From positions 1-48,005 of the forward strand of contig JBBDMR010000165.1 in assembly GCA_040878225.1 (NCBI GenBank): DNA of 48,005 nt. The letters are read 5' to 3'. This document shows positions 45,059-48,005 of the stretch, in pieces. Position 1 is the first letter of the stretch. Every line of letters begins with the position of its first letter. Source of the stretch: Acidimicrobiia bacterium (GTDB taxonomy: Bacteria > Actinomycetota > Acidimicrobiia > Spongiisociales > ZC4RG35). The notes under the pieces were generated by a model. It was not told the DNA's origin, made no database searches, and saw only the letters and a list, made by a program, of their open reading frames with translations. The position numbers and the translations under genes are program-made.

Positions 45059-46866
45059 AGCTGCAGCTTCTCGGTGCCCGGCTCGGTGGGAGCGCCCTCT
45101 TTGCCATAAATCTCCAGCCAGTCATCCTGGCGCATCTCGTCCTGATGGAGTTCTTGGGCTCGCCGCTTGCTAGGGATGAAGCCTTCCGGCTTGTTCAACA
45201 TCATCACGATAAGCAGGACACCGTAGAAGAGGAACTGGTACTCCGAGAACTCGCGCAAGAGGTTGGGCAGCCCGATCAGCGCCAGGGCGCCGACCGCGAC
45301 ACCCGGAACGCTGCCCATCCCACCCACGATGATGATGACCAGCACAGTGATCGAGACCACGATGTCGAACGAGTGGGGGAAGACCGATCCGATCTGGGCG
45401 GCGAATAGGGCGCCGCCAACACTGGCGAGAACGGCTCCGATCATGAAGGCGGAGAGCTTGGCGGTGACGATATTGATCCCCATCGCCTCCGCAACTGACT
45501 CGTCTTCGCGCATCGCCATCCATGCCCGGCCCCAGCGCGACTTCTCCAAGGCATAGGTGATATAGGCGGCAACGAGCACGAACAGGAAGATCGGGTAGAA
45601 GTAGTCCTCGGGGCTATTGAAGGTGAGCGGGCCGATCGACAGATTTGGGATGTTGGTGATCCCCTGGGCCCCGCCGAACACCGGAGCCAGCCACTCGGAG
45701 TTGAGCAGGATCCGCGCGATCTCACCAAATCCTAGAGTGACGATCGCCAGGTAGTCGCCCCTCATCCGGATGACCGGAGTGGCCACCATAATCCCGGCTA
45801 TCGCGGCAGCCAGGAGCACCGCCGGGAGTGCCGCCAGGAACGCGATCTCCGGTGTGAAGGCCGGCGACTGCGCTGAAGTCAGGATCGCCATTGTGTACGC
45901 ACCCACGGCGAAGAACGCGACGTAACCGAGGTCGAGCAGTCCGGCGTAGCCGACGACGATATTGAGCCCGAGGGCCATCAGAAGATAGATACCGGCCGTG
46001 TCGAGGACCTGGCTGACGAACGGGCCCATCACGGAGGGCAGGAACCACAGAACCAAGACGATTGCAAGGGCCGCGACTGCGGTCCACCTGGTTCGTTCGG
46101 TCCGGGGCAACACACCGAAATGCTCCCGGAACGTCCTCTCTCGCCCCCCGAGATACCAGTACACAGCGAAGAACACGACGAATACAATGGTCGCCCCTCC
46201 AATGCTCAGCGGGCCCCCGCGGCGGCCATAGAAGAAGTCGGTCCCAGCCTCGAAGTTGATTCCGAAGAAGAACTGGCTGACCAGGTCGGACATAAGGCTG
46301 AATATGAGCACCCACATCAATGCGGGCATCAGCGCGTGGCGCAGCCGCACCGGGAGGACGTGAACCCCGCCTCCGAGGGCCCCGGCGACTGTGGCGACAA
46401 TGACGATCAACGGGATCGCCACGGGGAGCGATTCGCCGAAGCTGAGGATCTCGGCGAGCTCCGGCGACAGCTCCACGAAAACGCCGCGGAGGTTGAAGTT
46501 CTGGATTAGCACGAGCAGAATCGCAGCTGCGACTCCGCCGATGGCTCCAGCGATCATCCCGGCCAACGCATTACGCGGCCCGGTGGCCGCAGCGGCGAAG
46601 CCCTCCTTTGCCTTCGGTGGGCTTCCGGCCGTCCAACCGATGGCAAATGGGACCAGGTACAAGAAGAGGATGCCCAGCGGAAGGAATGGGTCGATGACGA
46701 GCCGATCCTGGAACGTGGCCACAATTCCGGTTGCGGCGACCAGGACCATCCCGGCGGCGGCCGCCCCTCCCTTGGATACGGCCCGACCGAGATCCACGGG
46801 CGGCGCCTCCCGCAGTTCCGGATCTACAGTCGCCCTCTCGGATGCGGTCACGTCGATATCGGCCAT
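45055..46866 (-). CDS. livM: Branched-chain amino acid ABC transporter permease with ~250-aa extra N-terminal membrane domain
   Basis: The C-terminal ~330 aa is LivM-like ('LNIVVGYAGLLDLGYVAFFAVGAY'). The N-terminal region adds several further TM segments. Confidence 0.85.
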   Translation of the reverse strand: MADIDVTASERATVDPELREAPPVDLGRAVSKGGAAAAGMVLVAATGIVATFQDRLVIDPFLPLGILFLYLVPFAIGWTAGSPPKAKEGFAAAATGPRNALAGMIAGAIGGVAAAILLVLIQNFNLRGVFVELSPELAEILSFGESLPVAIPLIVIVATVAGALGGGVHVLPVRLRHALMPALMWVLIFSLMSDLVSQFFFGINFEAGTDFFYGRRGGPLSIGGATIVFVVFFAVYWYLGGRERTFREHFGVLPRTERTRWTAVAALAIVLVLWFLPSVMGPFVSQVLDTAGIYLLMALGLNIVVGYAGLLDLGYVAFFAVGAYTMAILTSAQSPAFTPEIAFLAALPAVLLAAAIAGIMVATPVIRMRGDYLAIVTLGFGEIARILLNSEWLAPVFGGAQGITNIPNLSIGPLTFNSPEDYFYPIFLFVLVAAYITYALEKSRWGRAWMAMREDESVAEAMGINIVTAKLSAFMIGAVLASVGGALFAAQIGSVFPHSFDIVVSITVLVIIIVGGMGSVPGVAVGALALIGLPNLLREFSEYQFLFYGVLLIVMMLNKPEGFIPSKRRAQELHQDEMRQDDWLEIYGKEGAPTEPGTEKLQL

Positions 46867-46867
46867 G

Positions 46868-47953
46868 TCAGGTTCGCTCTCTGGCCAGACGCTCGCCGAG
46901 GATGCCCGAAGGCCGGAATATCAACACCAACACCAGCGCTGAGTAGGCAACGACATCCTTCAATTGAGAAAAGGCCGGGATTTCATATCCGGCAAGAACG
47001 AGGCTCGGGCCTACTGATTCGAAAATCCCGAGACTCACTCCACCCAGCATGGCGCCGACGATGTTCCCGATCCCGCCGAGCACCGCAGCGGTGAAAGCCT
47101 TGATACCGGGGAGGAATCCGGAGAAGAAGTTGAGGCTGGGGAATACCAATCCCCAAAGAGCGCCAGCGACACCAGCCATGGCACCACCGACGCCGAAAAC
47201 GGTGACGATGGTCCGGTCGACATTGATACCCATCAAGGCGGCGGTCTCCGGGTCTTCGGACACCGCCCGCATCGCTCGGCCGGTCCTGGTCCTCTCCACG
47301 AACAGGTAGAGGGCCGCCATCATCACCAGGGCGGCGACAATGACCACCACCTGTGACTTAAGGATGACTACCCCAAAGATCTCCATCGTGCCCCGCAATG
47401 GCTCGACCCTAGGAAATGCCTTGGTGCTCGGGCCGACGAGGCCCCGGACGATGTATTGGAGGGTGAAAGAGGCGCCGATCGAAGTGATCAGGGGAATAAG
47501 GCGCGGGGCTCCACGCAACGGACGATATGCGACGCGCTCAATGATTACCGCGGTGGCGGTGGAGGCAATCATCGAGGCAAGGAGGACGATAAGCAAAGCG
47601 ATGACGATATTGTCGGTCCACAGGGCGGTTTGGGACAGGCCGTCGGCAACGAGGAAAGCGGTCATTGCCCCGATCATGAAGACCTCGCCGTGGGCGAAGT
47701 TGATGAACCGGAGGACGCCGTAGACCATCGTGTAGCCCAGGGCGATGAGCGCGTAGACCGATCCTGTCGATATCCCGAAGACGAACAGGTCCTGCCACTG
47801 CGACGCAGTCAGGCGCCCGGACGAGAGGCTCTGGAAGGCTCCATAGAGCACCACGGCTGCCGCCAGGGCCCGGAGAAGCCAGAGAAAGACAGTGGTTGGT
47901 GTGACCCGCGAGACGCGTCTTGTCTGGCGGCCGTTGGCGGTGGCTTGGGTCAT
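46868..47953 (-). CDS. livH: Branched-chain amino acid ABC transporter permease
   Basis: 'INFAHGEVFMIGA' is typical of LivH. Has a ~30-aa N-terminal extension. Confidence 0.88.
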   Translation of the reverse strand: MTQATANGRQTRRVSRVTPTTVFLWLLRALAAAVVLYGAFQSLSSGRLTASQWQDLFVFGISTGSVYALIALGYTMVYGVLRFINFAHGEVFMIGAMTAFLVADGLSQTALWTDNIVIALLIVLLASMIASTATAVIIERVAYRPLRGAPRLIPLITSIGASFTLQYIVRGLVGPSTKAFPRVEPLRGTMEIFGVVILKSQVVVIVAALVMMAALYLFVERTRTGRAMRAVSEDPETAALMGINVDRTIVTVFGVGGAMAGVAGALWGLVFPSLNFFSGFLPGIKAFTAAVLGGIGNIVGAMLGGVSLGIFESVGPSLVLAGYEIPAFSQLKDVVAYSALVLVLIFRPSGILGERLARERT

Positions 47954-47984
47954 CGGACGGGCAGTCTAGCCAGAAAAGAAAGAG

Positions 47985-48004
47985 CGGTGCCGGCGAGCCG
48001 GCAC
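47985..48004 (-). terminator. GC-rich hairpin plus U-tract at the window edge, upstream of livH
   Basis: 'ggtgccgg-cgag-ccggcacc'. On the - strand it is followed by 'gctctttcttttct'. It probably follows a gene outside the window, perhaps the binding-protein gene. Confidence 0.4.
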
Positions 48005-48005
48005 C

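Overview
High-GC, actinobacterial-type chromosomal segment; the taxon is inferred from codon bias, frequent GTG/TTG starts and 4-nt ATGA/GTGA gene overlaps. Most of the window is a housekeeping block on the + strand. From memory, its order matches the mycobacterial Rv3627c-Rv3579c region: sigH-rshA, a DUF2342-type metalloprotease, tilS, hpt, ftsH, folE-folP-folB-folK, panC, lysS, clpC, radA-disA, carD, ispF, cysS, a SpoU methyltransferase, then tRNA-Thr(UGU). Interspersed are a ribokinase / nucleoside hydrolase / BMP-type nucleoside ABC importer cluster, a polyprenyl synthase, an M15 peptidase, a CPA2 antiporter-USP fusion, an AI-2E transporter and a livHMGF operon on the - strand. The non-routine signals are as follows. 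(1) A 2.7-kb islet sits at tRNA-Thr. It is bounded by 44-bp direct repeats of the tRNA 3' part, has no recognisable integrase, and carries only small unknown genes (one DUF3892-like, plus an overlapping pair). (2) A perfect actinobacterial LexA box (TCGAAC-N4-GTTCGA) lies 24 nt upstream of a 264-aa coiled-coil/Cys-His protein of unknown function. (3) A ydaO-type c-di-AMP riboswitch-like leader precedes the antiporter-USP gene, with the c-di-AMP synthase disA in the same window. (4) A ~240-320 bp mosaic hairpin-rich repeat occurs twice, each time between convergent genes, with conserved cores and sequence-divergent but still self-complementary hairpins. (5) A 3 x 61-bp tandem repeat fills the ispF-cysS spacer. 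(6) A nucleoside hydrolase has its catalytic N-terminus in frame directly behind the rbsK TGA stop, with no canonical start codon available. (7) A small membrane-protein locus is interrupted at an A4 run and is followed by a 20-codon hydrophobic ORF. All function calls are motif recognition by eye; no database search was run.
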